From Balanoglossus misakiensis (lineage: Eukaryota; Animalia; Hemichordata), in contig CM082579.2 of NCBI GenBank assembly GCA_040954595.2, positions 10,281,625-10,345,624 on the forward strand: a stretch of 64,000 nt of DNA, in the 5' to 3' direction. Every line of letters starts with the position of its first letter. The stretch's first letter is position 1. The position numbers and the translations under genes are program-made. Shown piece by piece: positions 1 to 13,300 of this stretch. The notes beneath the pieces were generated by a model. That model saw only the letters and a program-made list of their open reading frames with translations, ran no database searches and was not told where the DNA came from.

Positions 1-1325
1 TGCATGTAAGCCACTTTCTAAAACAATGGCTTGCCAACAAACCGTCGAATAATACAAGGGGGTTGTAAGTAAACCCTTAAAATTTACATTGGCTTGTCTG
101 AAAGCCAACTTCTACTTAAAACTGGTGTGCTAGCAAACCAAACATGAATCACTTCAGTTTGCCAGCAAACCAAAAATTAGCATTTCCTGGTTTGCTGACA
201 AACTGAGAATGCTTGAGCAGTGGTTTAAAAATCAGCCACTCTGCTTGGGCTTTGGCATGTATACAAACCATTCTTACACAGAATGCAGTTTGTAAGCAAG
301 CCAAAAATTTGAATTGCATGTTTTGCTTCTGTTTACCTAAACGCTATAGTTATAAATTTGGGCCATTTTTAGCATTTTTGCTCTTTCAAGTGACTGCAGT
401 TTCTTGTTCAACTCACCAAAGCATGATGCAATGCCATTTACTAGATTCTATACACTGCCATAATTGTACATCAGCAATTGTCAAAAAACATAATTTTAGT
501 CCAGACCTTAACTCATTTGCAAAGGCCAAAGTTGAGATCCCGAACCTGGGCAGTTAATCATGCTTTAAGGAGTAGAACAGAAATAAGGAGTCGATACACT
601 GAACAAAAATACATAAAAAATAGCCCAAAGTTAGTTACTATGCCCTTAAATAACTTGGTCTTGAAGCATAACATGTGTCATAATGTGCAGCATCTTAGTA
701 CTCCACAGTCAATGGTATGTTAACCTGTCAAAAAAGCACACCGAGAAAGATCTTTTTTTGGTCAATCATTATTATTGTAATGACAATGTAAGAAAATAGG
801 AACAACGGTAAATACATGGTATTATGTAAATCAAATGAATTAACCCCATAAATGATAGAAAATATATACAATAAAACTTTTATCTCATTTTCCGTTCAAG
901 TGGTTAGGGAAAATCATTTCAATCCATCAAAAATGCCTCATTTTTTGAATCTACTGTTTGTCAAAACTGACATGAATACAGATTTCAAAGTCACCATTAA
1001 GTGTGGAAAAGTACTTTTAAATCCTCCTTTATATGCATTTGAGTATTGGAGTCATGGCAGTAGCCTTGAGTATCTTCTTCCTTACTATGAAACTTCGTCT
1101 TCTTTCAATGGGAAACACTCTCAAATAGTGAAAAAAAAAGAAAACAATCTTGTTAGAAATTAACATGAGTGTATATTAGAAACAATTTCCAGCATGAAAA
1201 CAACACATAACACATATGTACACAAGAAAATATGACAATGACTCGTATGAGACATACTCACCAAAAGAAGATGTCTCTCTATTTATCAATGGGGAATGAC
1301 CATGAGACTGACACACATACCACAA

Positions 1326-2000
1326 AACACTACGATATGGTGCCATCCTAATGTTATAGGCAGCAACCATATAAGAACATGAGACTGACCGATACAACAC
1401 TACGATATGGTGCCATCCTAATGTTATAGGCAGCAACCATATGAGAAGATGAGACTGACCGATACAACACTACGATATGGTGCCATCCTACTGTTATAGG
1501 CAGCAACCATATGAGAACATGAGACTGACCGATACAACACTACGATATGGTGCCATCCTAATGTTATAGGCAGCAACCATATGAGAACATGAGACTGACC
1601 GATACAACACTACGATATGGTGCCATCCTAATGTTATAGGCAGCAACCATATGAGAACATGAGACTGACCGATACAACACTACGATATGGTGCCATCCTA
1701 CTGTTATAGGCAGCAACCATATGAGAACATGAGACTGACCGATACAACACTACGATATGGTGCCATCCTACTGTTATAGGCAGCAACCATATGAGAACAT
1801 GAGACTGACCGATACAACACTACGATATGGTGCCATCCTACTGTTATAGGCAGCAACCATATGAGAACATGAGACTGACCGATACAACACTACGATATGG
1901 TGCCATCCTACTGTTATAGGCAGCAACCATATGAGAACATGAGACTGACCGATACAACACTACGATATGGTGCCATCCTAATGTTATAGGCAGCAACCAT
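1326..2000. repeat. 70-bp minisatellite, about 9.6 copies
   Basis: Unit gagactgaccgatacaacactacgatatggtgccatccta(a/c)tgttataggcagcaaccatatgagaacat starts at 1381, 1451 ... 1941. Confidence 0.97.
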
Positions 2001-2759
2001 GAAACACAAACATAACCATGAGATACACAGCATGTAACAAACAAGATGAAATTGATTCAATGAGCAATACATGAAATTTCGCACCTAGAGTTTAGTGAAT
2101 TGTTTCCTTTGACTATAACTGAATACATGTTACATACATGATAGCTGGACTATATTAATAAATACAGATAGGCATGTTCCTTTAAAATTAGTTTTTAAGC
2201 ATAAATAGTAAAATCTCTTCCCAAATGCAATACTGAAATTATAACCACATGGTTGGTATTTTATAATGAAGTCCCTACAAACTAAACTGTAAAGAAAACA
2301 GATGACTAGATGACAAAAATGGATATTAAAAAAAATAACAAAATCTACTTAATTATACATACCGTGTATGCTTCAACATAAATGCTACTTGTTGACTTTT
2401 TCATATTTTTGCGGTGCCTAATAAAATAACAACTGCTCCTTCCCATAACCAGTATCACCACTCCTGCAAAACCAAGATCATTTATTTCATTCTTATGCAA
2501 ATATCTGGGGTTCAATTAAAGTAGGAATCATAATTGTTACAAATCGCAGGCATGCAGGGGTTAAATAATCCTGTGGTCCGAGATTGTGGTTTATCAAAAA
2601 AAAATTATTCGGCCAATGATTTAAATATTATGGGATCCATTGATATAGTATTGGAACACAAAACAACATTTTTATTGCGGTTACCCCCCCCCCCCCATGT
2701 TGACTTCCACTGCCACTAGCCCCACTCGAAGCTTCATATATTTGAAATATCTCTCGATT

Positions 2760-3280
2760 TACAAATGATCAATACAGTATAGATATAATTACATATTTTG
2801 AATTTTCTTGACAAGTAAAAGTGCATAAACAAACATGAATGGGGATGTAGGCTGCCAATAGCAAGCATGGTGAAATTCCTAGGCTATGGCGCTATAGGGC
2901 CCCACTCCGGAGCTGCATTAAAAAAAATTGTTTTGATTTGCTCAGACTTTTTTGTAACCATCCACACATGATCAATGCAGTATATAAAGGATTCAGGCCT
3001 TTTAATAGTGACATACTTTGCATCGTCTTCGCTCACAAAAATGCATAAACAAAAATGAACGGGGATGGAGGCTGTAAATAGCAAGAATAATGAAATTCCT
3101 TTGGGGCCCCACTCCCTACTTTATGCTGTCAAACTTTTGACATTACTTCTTCTCACATGCTTTTCAGCTATCATCAACACATGATCAAGTCAGTATATAC
3201 AGGATTCGGGCCTGTTAATTTTGTATTATCTTCACTGCTCGCAAAAATGTAGTTACTGTCACAAAATGGAATGGAAGCAG
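2760..3280. repeat. Degenerate tandem repeat of about 200-215 bp (2-3 copies)
   Basis: atgatcaa..cagtata near 2766, 2968 and 3181; atgaa.ggggatg.aggctg...tgaaattcct...gggccccactcc occurs twice. Confidence 0.6.
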
Positions 3281-4112
3281 GACTTACCCCAACCGGCATT
3301 GTTCTATGTTACAGTCTCGTAGATGCTGGCGGTCAACTGCTAAGTCATCAGATGTCATCCTACCATAACGATGCTCGGTGCCAAAGTAATTATCCACGCA
3401 TATGGTATTTCGGTTCTACCTTAGGAACAGGTTGAGTGCATTGTAAATCGCTGAACGAATTTTATAAAGGGAACGACGTGATTCGATCGGCTTCCTCACC
3501 CGTGGACCGTCTTCTCTCGCGTCAAAACGTTGTAGTTGTGTAATAAATAACCTTTGACCCTGCATTCGCGCGCCAAATCAGGGTATTTCGCAAGACATTG
3601 TGCCCAGCGTGGCGTGTATATGAACCACATCCCGGCAAAGTTTTCCATGGCGTGTTTTCAAACCATACTTACATCTTTTTATGGTTTGAAAAGCGACCAC
3701 TAACTCCAACGGCTTAAAATGCAGCCAAGGTTAAATATGGTACAAATTCGAGCACGACATAAGTATCACTAAAGTTTGCGAGCAAACCAGAGATTTTGTT
3801 CAATGGCTTAATAATAAGCCATTCCAGACAGGTTGTCCAGCGGCGCATTTACAAACCATTTTTCTAACATTGACTGGCTTGCTGGCACACACCAGAAAAT
3901 TTAGCGGCTTGTGGAAATACCGATATTTCTGCAAGTAAATCAGCATGGCTTGTCAGCAAACCCGATTGGCTTGAGTACAAACCGGCTTGTTTTTGCAGAA
4001 TTTGCAGTGTAGTGATGGTGACGATGATGATAGGCATTTGCATGTGTTTGAAAATTTGCTAAAATCAGGACTGTCTTATTATTATTATTATAAATTAACT
4101 TGTCTGTTTTAG

Positions 4113-4313
4113 TTGTGGAATGCTCAGCATTGCCACCAATAGATGGAATCACTGTTTCGCCTTCAACGTGTACAAGCAGCCCTACATATGGTGACACATG
4201 CACTTCGTCTTGTAGTCAATCTGGCTACACACTAGAACCATTTGGAATTGATATCATCACTTGTCTGGCCAGTGGTCAATGGTCCAGTGATTATTCTAAT
4301 GCCACGTGTGTAG
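4113..4313 (+). CDS. Exon: sushi/CCP domain
   Basis: VECSALPP...C..SC..GY.L....I.CLASGQWS...TC; ttttag|...g|gtaag. Confidence 0.85.
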
Positions 4314-7300
4314 GTAAGCGTACATTGTGTGAAATCTTTACGACGTAATGTTTTGGTGTGGATATTATTGTGGTATGGATCTCCTATACCAGGAATGAGC
4401 CAGTAACACTCCATGGATATTTATGAACCCCTTTATTTCTGTTTTCTCCTCACAGACAAGGAAGACCCAATTTTCACAAACTGTCCGGATGACGTAATTG
4501 TGTATGCAGATAGGGCCTCAAATGGAACTGTGGTAAATTGGAATGTGACAGCGGAAGACAATGATGGGGAAGTGCCGACAATTTCGTGTAGAATTCTCTC
4601 TGGTTCTGTCATGACATCAGGTGATCACTCCATCACATGCATTGCCACGGATCAGTCACAGAACGAAAACACCTGCACTTTCATGGTTTCTGTCATCGGT
4701 AAGGACAATTTACATAAGACGAATTTGGTTTCAGGATGCAAAAATCAAACAATACTACTAACTATACATGTTATATAAAAACATGAGTTTAAGAGTCATT
4801 ATCTGTACATTCTGACTATTCTTCGAATAGTTTCGTTTTATTTCTTGGCCTTCTTCCTATTTTGCTTCCCAAATGCACGGTCATGTGCATGTATACAAAC
4901 TTGATTTGACATAATAACATGCATAGAAAGATCTTTGCATTAATATAGGTCTTTGGTACAAACTCGTATTTTCAACAAGAAATTTGTGATTAAATTTCTG
5001 TTGTTACCAACATCACAAGCTATCTGACTTATTTTCTTGTTCATCTTTCATGTTAAAAAGTTCAAGTGGTACAGTTATAAGACTTCTGAGAGAGATATAT
5101 GGAAGAAAGCTCCATGCATGGTTCATTCCTGTTTACTTCTATATATTTTCTGATTTCAGTGCGCCGGTGTCAGTCATTGCCAGTACCAGCATACGGTGAG
5201 ACAGTGGAGACATGTGATACAAGCTATGGAAGTACTTGTAGTGTAAGGTGCCAGAGTGGTTATCGTCTGCTCGGATCAAACAACTTTACATGTGAATACA
5301 ATGGTAATAGCATGTACTGGTACACTGTACAGCAACCTACTTGTGAAGGTTAGTAAAAACATTGTCCATCATGTAGCTTAACGGTCTCATTTCTTTAACT
5401 TACCAGTTCTGATAACTTTTAATGTTGATAAGTACAGCATTTATAATATGAAAATATTTCCATTTTTTCATTCGTTAATCATGGTTCTGTAAACCTAGTC
5501 CTCTCGTGTTAATAGAGCTAAGAGTTGAAGTAGATTTGTGTCAAATATGTATTCATCAAAACATTTTGATCATATCTCAAGTATATTTCAAGTAATGCTA
5601 TTTGGCTACATAATCTCTACTTTAGTGTTTATAACTGATGACTCCAAGGGGTTTTAACAGAACACTGCATTGTGAGGCCTTATAACCATGTCAGTCAATC
5701 AAATAGATAATTATTCTACTTCTACTAAAATGTCATATCATTCTGTCTGTTTTTCTATGACAGTAACGGAATGTGAACCTTTGACAGTGTCAGACAAGGT
5801 TGAGATTTCTCCACTTGGCTGCAGCGGACCCAATGGTGTCCCACGTGGGACAGTGTGTGCATTTTCCTGTTCAAACAGCTTCACTTTGATTGGTAACAAC
5901 ACGTCAGCGGTGACATGTCAAGACTCTGGCACGTGGGACCGTATGATTGAACTGGACAACATCTCATGTACAGGTAGGGATGTCGATTATCATTCACTCA
6001 AATTTAGTCAAAGTAAAAGTCAAAGTAAAGTACCATATGCTCACACTGTTTTCATATAAAAACTTTGTGACTTTTTGAGAAAAAAACCTGCGAATTACTT
6101 TTATACAACTTCATATATAGTTTACAGAATTTAACTGCACTGAATAATATTAAGCAATCCCATATTAAGTCACATCTATGTTTTTTGTAATTTTCCTAAG
6201 TTTTTTGTAAGGATTTTGTCAATTAGCACAAGAGATCTTAAGTGGCTATAGGCAATTTAGCTCATTCTGATCCACCATAGCTTAGACGGTAATATGACAT
6301 AATTTCCAGATTCTTGATAATAACTGAAAATGTGTGTGTTTAAAGGCACGTAAGCTGCAACTGGATAAAAAATTAAAGTTTTAAATAATCTCATATATGC
6401 TTTTAATTATGTCTATTAAATGCTATTTCATGATAATATATCAAGCTCAACACTTATTTATGACAAAATGGCCAAAAATTAAAGAAAAACGAAAATTCCT
6501 GCAATTTTAAAAAAAGTGCAATATTGCAATGAAAAATGAAAATCTGATGTCTCAGTGGTGTACATTTACTTCCATGAGCTCAAGTGGATGAGATCATGTT
6601 TTGTTTATGAAGTTTCACAACCGGAAATGCAACATTTTCATTGTTTCTTGCATTTTCCCACGGTGGCGGCCATAATCGCTTGCGGCAAAGGTTTATTATT
6701 TATCTGGTTAAAACTTGCATATGCACTCATATTTAGGATTTATAATGCTTGTGTATTGTTCACTGCCATCATCTGCATGGACTAATGGTAGTGCAGTTTG
6801 AAACAAAAATTATGAAAATTATCCCAAAAGTTACAGCTTATGTGCCTTTAATGATAAGTGCTGTAAAATTTGACCAAAACATCAGTCTGCATGACTCAGG
6901 CAAATGTAAATGTAAATTGTTGTGTGGTACGCGCCTTGGTATTTTGGAAATCAAGATTACAATGCTGGTTATACACGCAGGCCTGAGCACTCTCGAACCA
7001 GAGTTCTTATCGTGCGTTCGCTCCCTGCGTTCGCTCATAAGTATCTCTGCCACAGACAGATTAATGTTCATGTGACCTAGAGGTCATTCGCACTACTTTC
7101 CAATGTTTAAAATCAGCCCTAAACCAGTATTCTTTCATGATGTTGAGTACATTTCTGTCTTAGAATTCCAAATTTTGGTACGGAAACCATTTGCACCTTT
7201 CAAGTTGACAATCTTCAGTAAAAAAGATTTTTTGACGAGCTGTGATCTCATTCTCGAGCTCAAATTCACAGCAAATCACCAAGATCATCATTTTAATTAC

Positions 7301-10300
7301 TATTTATTGTACTGTAATTACTTAACACCAAAATAATAGCAATTTTAGCAATCACACTGAGAGAATACAAAAAATACTCTGACACAGGACGATTCAGGCA
7401 GCCATGATTTTTCGGGTCAAAGGTCAGGTCAAAGGTCGACACTGGTGTATTCCTAGATAAGTACTCCATAAAGAAGTAATTCCTGTGTTGCATTCAGTTT
7501 GTTCCAAGAACTTGATCATGAAATAGTGTGGAAATATTTTAAAACAACCAACGTTCCTTTATTTGTTGAGTCGGTCACGGTTGTTACATGATTTAGTTGA
7601 CTTCCGGTTTGCGGATCGATATGTGTCGATTCACCACGTAAACAGGACACCTGTGGCAGAGTCACTCATCGCCGAATCGAACACGCGGAATTGAGACCTC
7701 AGTTGACAACCCAAATTTGGGTAGCTCTATACAACTATTGAGTTAGAACAAGAAATAGTATTGCAGCTGGTGACAACGTATGCTTTTAAATATATGGTTA
7801 TCTATCTGGCGGTGCTTAAATATTTTTCGACGTTAATGTCATTGCCAGTAGTCATCACGTAATCGGTAAGCTCTCTGCATGTCTCTAATCTGGAGTGACA
7901 TTGTCATTTTCATATAATATCATCGTGGAATGATCCCTCCGTATCTTTGACACAGACAAATACACAGAACATTAATTTTGTATAAACTGAAGATAATGGG
8001 CTAAAGTTAGTGTTGTTATATTTATAGATAGGGTCGCTCCGACGATAAACGCGTGTCCTGCACCAATCCATGCCACTCTTGTGGACGTTTCTGGAGTAGA
8101 GGTCACTTTCACACAGCCAACAGCAACAGACAACGACGGAATGATACCTACAGTCTCAAAGATTCCCACGAACATTACATCGCCATACGTCGTGACAAAC
8201 GACACTTCAGTTGTGTACAGATTTTGTGACCAGGCACAGAACTGTGCGGATTGTGCATTTGTGATTTACGTCAGAGGTAAGCAAAAGAGTTTATTAATTT
8301 TCACTTAATTTTAATCGTATTTGATGTACTTCACCCACCCCTTTTGTATCTTGACATTTATCTTCCTCGTAAGTCTTGCACGTGTTCCTACACAGACACA
8401 GAAATCTATCTGTCTGTTTCATATTGTACACATCTCTGCATCTCATAGTAAGTTTTGTCTTCTAAACAGCCTACAAAGTTCGCATTATGTCCTTCAATAT
8501 AAGATAACATGTCCTGTTTTTCAGTCGTTGCCTTCTTAGTCCCTTCATTTGTCCTAAGCTCTGACATCCCCTCTATGTTTTCAACCTTTGTCAACTTGTA
8601 GTCGCCATTTTGTCACTGTCTATAAATCCTCTTTTATAATTGATATCACCAGACCAACTGGAACCAATTGTGGTATATTGCCCTCCTAACAAGACCCAAA
8701 CAACCACAACTCGGGAGACCTTGGTCTCCTGGACTGAACCAATCTTTCAAGATCCTCGTGGTGGACCACTGCAGATAATCAAGCCTTTTGGTGGAGCAAC
8801 CGAAGCCAAGCTAACAATTCAAACACATACCATTCATTATATTGCAACCAAACCACAGAACGGCAAGACTGTATCGTGCACATTCTACATTATACTAGAA
8901 GGTAAGCGTGTGCAACTATTTCCGTATTGTTATAATAATGATGATACACCTTTCCTAGTTAATATCTACACAACACTATTACTTTTATGCACTGTCGTCT
9001 TTACTTCAACTAGTGACCATATCATAATGCATGTACCTTTAATAAACGATTTTATCATTATGTCATTCCTGAATCCAGCACTAACTTGTCCAGCACTGAG
9101 GCCACCAACAAATGGCGGACTAGCTTGTGACGTTCTCCCGACAGGAACATCATTCTGCACCTTATTCTGTAACAGCGAGTACAGCATTCTTCGTGATGCA
9201 AATGCACCAAACGTGCCAGATCAGTATGTTTGTGGCTCGTCAGGAAACTGGCTTTATGATTATGTTCCAGATTGCTCAGGTGGGAATATAGCACTTCAGT
9301 ATAGCTTTTGGAAAACCCTTGTTAAAGCTTAAAGTCTTGAAATTTATCGCAATAATTATAACAGCGGTGGATATAGACTGATAGATTTCTCGTAACAATA
9401 TAAACATTTTCAGAGTGTATTGTAATCGTCTTGTTTGGAAGAAATGGAAAATCAAGTGATTTATTTACTACATGAAAGCTATTTCAACTTTTGAGTTCAC
9501 ATTTGGTGCAAATCCATAACCCATTTCCGTTTAATTTTTAGAACTCAGAGACTCGCGGAGGGCTTATATAAGACCTGAATTGTTCTACTACACAAACGCC
9601 TGTCCGAATGCAACTGAGTACATAGAAAACACATTTTTAAACTTACTTAACGGCTCTGACTTCGGAAGTGTGTGTGACGAGGCCGATCGCTGCACAGTTG
9701 GCAATGTCGAAGTAACATGTGGTGATTGTACTTCATGCGCAAGACGAAAACGTGACACTGTTGCCACACGATGGAAAAATGCAAAATCACTGATGAGTGA
9801 AGACCACGACGTTGCAAAAAGGAGCACCTGGCAATATGAACTTCGTATTGATTTCCAGTTCGAAAGAACGGTTCACCAATCCAATTTTGGAGGAGTTCTG
9901 GAAACCGAGTTTGCAATACTGGATATGGTGGACATCGTACAGACAAGTATTGACGCGGGAGGGTTTCAGTTACCAGCGGTTGGCGACAGTCAATTTGAAA
10001 TTGTACCAGACTCCCTTTATGCTGGTTATGCCGAAATAATCTGCGATGATGGCTTCATCCCAAACAATCTTGACTACGTTTGTGGTAAGTATTATAACGT
10101 TGGGTTCTCCGAATGAGTATATTAATTACGATTACTACTAACTTCTCATAACTTGTTCATACATCTTTACAAATATTCGAACAGGGGAGTTGATGGTATT
10201 CTTCTATATCAATTACGTGATCTGGTCATGTGACCCACGGCATTATCATATCCAGGTGACGGGCAAACAATGTTTCGACATCCAGTAAAAGTTTTTCCGG

Positions 10301-13300
10301 GTTTGTTTATACTTTAGAACCGCAAGACACGTAACATGTATCAGGCATAGTGCCTCATCAGCCTCATGGCGTTTCGTCTGCACAGTCTCTGTCTGCACCA
10401 CGTTTTTAAAGTTACCCGTCATCTGGACATTTTAATGCTAATATAACTGTGCCTGAACGTGTCTGACGTCATTTGATATCGAAACATAATTGTATGCGAG
10501 GTTGCGCTCAGAAATAGGTGATTACACGTTTCATGTAAACCTGAATTGTACCTAGCTTATCTCGATAAAAGAGCACCAGGTTTAAAAACTGTTGATGAGA
10601 TGTTACTGCAAAGGATCATTGATAATTTACAAACAAAAACCGATATAAGATAACACTGAAACAATGCACTCTTGTCAAACCCGTAGTTGCCTGTACAACT
10701 GGACAATTTTTCGTTAATGAAACTAAAAGTTGCGTGTTGTGTGAGAAGGGTTACTATCAAGACGAACAAGCACAGCTGGAGTGTATAGAGTGCCCTTTTG
10801 GTACATCAACTGTTAAAGAAGGAACCGTCAACAGTACCGATTGTATACGTAAGTGACAGCATTATTTAAATAATGTATGTGTGTTATTCCACGATAACAG
10901 TGACTCTGTTGCGAGACGTGTGATTTGATTTCATATATAAATGTAAGCCACTTACTTTTCAAAGATGATCCATATCACAATGCATGGTTAAGTTGGATAT
11001 GGAATACAAATCATCAAGCACTCAACATTGGGCCTTCATACTAATAGTAACACTATAGTTACAATGTATTTATAAGAGGGGGGAGCCAATGTTGTGAATT
11101 TACTTGACTGTGTCCTAAATATGTTGTTCCAGCGCAATGCTTGTCGGGTTCCTTCTCAACTACCGGAGTTGAGGTTTGCCAGACATGTCCCATTGGATAT
11201 TACCAGTCAGAAGTAGGGCAGACGTCGTGCGTGGCGTGTCCTGATAACACAACCACAGATGGTCCAGGGAAAAACTCATCTTTTGAATGTCGAGGTATGG
11301 CGGCTGTCTTATATTCCTATGACGCAATAGTGGGTGTCCACTAAGATGGGATGGTCGGGGTTTAAATGCACCATGCCAGACATGGATAGGCGTTCATTGT
11401 TTCTCACTGACAAAATTATTGTCCGTTCTTTTTCGATGATGGAGCGCAGACGAAGACATTTTAACAACTTGAAAATAAATATATATTTTTTTATTTAGCG
11501 ACTTTGATTTTTAAATTTGAAAAAGCCTATTGACAGATTTGTGTATTTCCTTTTGCTCATTGTATCCTATCCTGTATGCAATCCGTCCTTCTTTTATACG
11601 ATGAATCTCTTTGTTTTACATGCTTTGTCCTTTTTACTAATGTTCTACAGAGCGTTGCCCGACAGGCAGTTATTCTGCAGATGGACTTCAACCGTGTTTA
11701 CTTTGTCCTCGGAGATACTATCAACCCCAAACTGGGCAACGCCAGTGCGTCCTCTGTGGAGGATCAAACACAACCATCGGTGAAGGAAGTACATCTATTG
11801 ACGATTGTTTTGGTGAGTACCAGTAAAGAAGTTATGTCAATGTCATGTATGACTGTTTTGAGGTTTATTCACTGAATCCCCCTCTGTGAAAAGAATCGAA
11901 GAAACGTGAATTCTAAACATTGGATACTAAATCTCTTGAATTGCGTTGTTTGTCAGTGAGATCTATGGAAACTGTACAGTCATGCTCAGAAAAGACACTA
12001 TCCTTACATAAAGGAAGGTTTCTCAGGTTGCTTGGGCTTATACATAAAAGCACTAAACAGTGCATTTTGTTTTAATCATGTACACCAAACTGTTCAATTT
12101 TTTACTTTGGTGTGATATATTGGCCTCTCCATAAATTGCTGCCGTTACCCTATGCAGTAATACTAGTTTATTTCGTGTGAATCGCTCCATTCATTTCACA
12201 TTCAGTAAATGCATTTTTCGGTTCAATTTTTTCTTCTGTCCGGGGCACCTTCCTATGTACGGAAATATATGCTTGAGGCGAAACATTCATATGTACAATA
12301 ATGGTTGGATTCCATGCTCTTTCTAATATTCATGATCTCTCTTAAAAGTGGTAAATTGTATTAACATCTGTTTAGGGCCTGGTCAGAATTAACAGGGGGG
12401 GAGGGCCGGTGCGATTGGGGGGAGGGTCACCATTTCTCATGCAACGGTATGGGGGAGGGCCGCTACATTTTGGGCACTTGTCAAGGGGAGGGTCATTAAT
12501 TTTTGTGCAAGGATGACACCGATAATGTCAAAAATTTGAAGTGTTACAGAGAAATCCTGAAAAGAGACTTGCGCTCATATAGGCACTCCTGTATGGATGT
12601 ATTGACATCCCTTGTACTACAAAATACATCACACAACTCACAAAACATACACATGTACCAGTATGTGATCTTAAACCCCATAACCCTAACCCTAACCCTA
12701 ACCCAAACCCTAACCCTAACCCTAACCCTAATTTCTTAAGCGAAGGGGAGCACAGTACGATATTTTACCCACAATTCTCCATGATTTGTATCATCAAGGT
12801 TGTCCATTTAATAACTTTTTCTGTTTTAGATACTAACAATGATATGAAGTACATATAACTGTATTTATCTAGGAAAAGTATGTTGAGGAATAAGAGTGAA
12901 AATTTCAAAATGAATATTTAAAAGCCATAGGAATCAAAGTATTCATGTACTGCAAATGTCACACTTTGGAGGAAACAAGCAAATAACTAACTGAGGTGTA
13001 TTTAATAGTGGTCTACAATTTTCTGTACAAATGTGAACTTTGCCTGGTTTGACTGAGTAATATCTGATTGTACAAATCAGAATGAATCATCGGATATTGT
13101 GTAGCCCGGAGACACAGGCGTCGATCTAGAATACAACGCCCGGGGACAGTAGAGAAATTTCCTGCTGAGCTGAAAGATAGTAGCCCTGGCAACGATCAGG
13201 GTCGCTTAGTAACGAATGGATAACGAGTGATCTATCAAATGTTGACGGGCGCCAGTGGTTGGATGATATAATAGACAAAGCTTGGTTATGAACATTCATA

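Larger units (their letters stand above)
1..4009. mobile_element. Probable non-autonomous CACTA/EnSpm-like element with subterminal repeats; left end outside the window
   Basis: GCAAACC/GGCTTG-type motifs cluster at 1-300 and at 3700-3990, partly inverted. The right end reads ...TTTGCAGTG. No exons of the host gene lie inside. Confidence 0.4.

Noticed and set aside
1326-2000. Regular repeat array resembling CRISPR
   Set aside because: The whole 70-bp unit repeats with no unique spacers, there are no cas genes, and the context is a eukaryotic intron. It is a minisatellite.
6555-6785. Duplicated small protein gene (ORFs 6555..6785 and 47580..47783)
   Set aside because: Both ORFs lie inside the two copies of the same MITE and show no transposase or other motif.
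7415-7440. AGGTCA direct repeats resembling a nuclear-receptor response element
   Set aside because: They lie in probable repeat-derived intronic DNA with no independent support.
12672-12731. Telomere or chromosome-fusion scar
   Set aside because: The tract is short, single-orientation and imperfect, and it sits inside a transposon.
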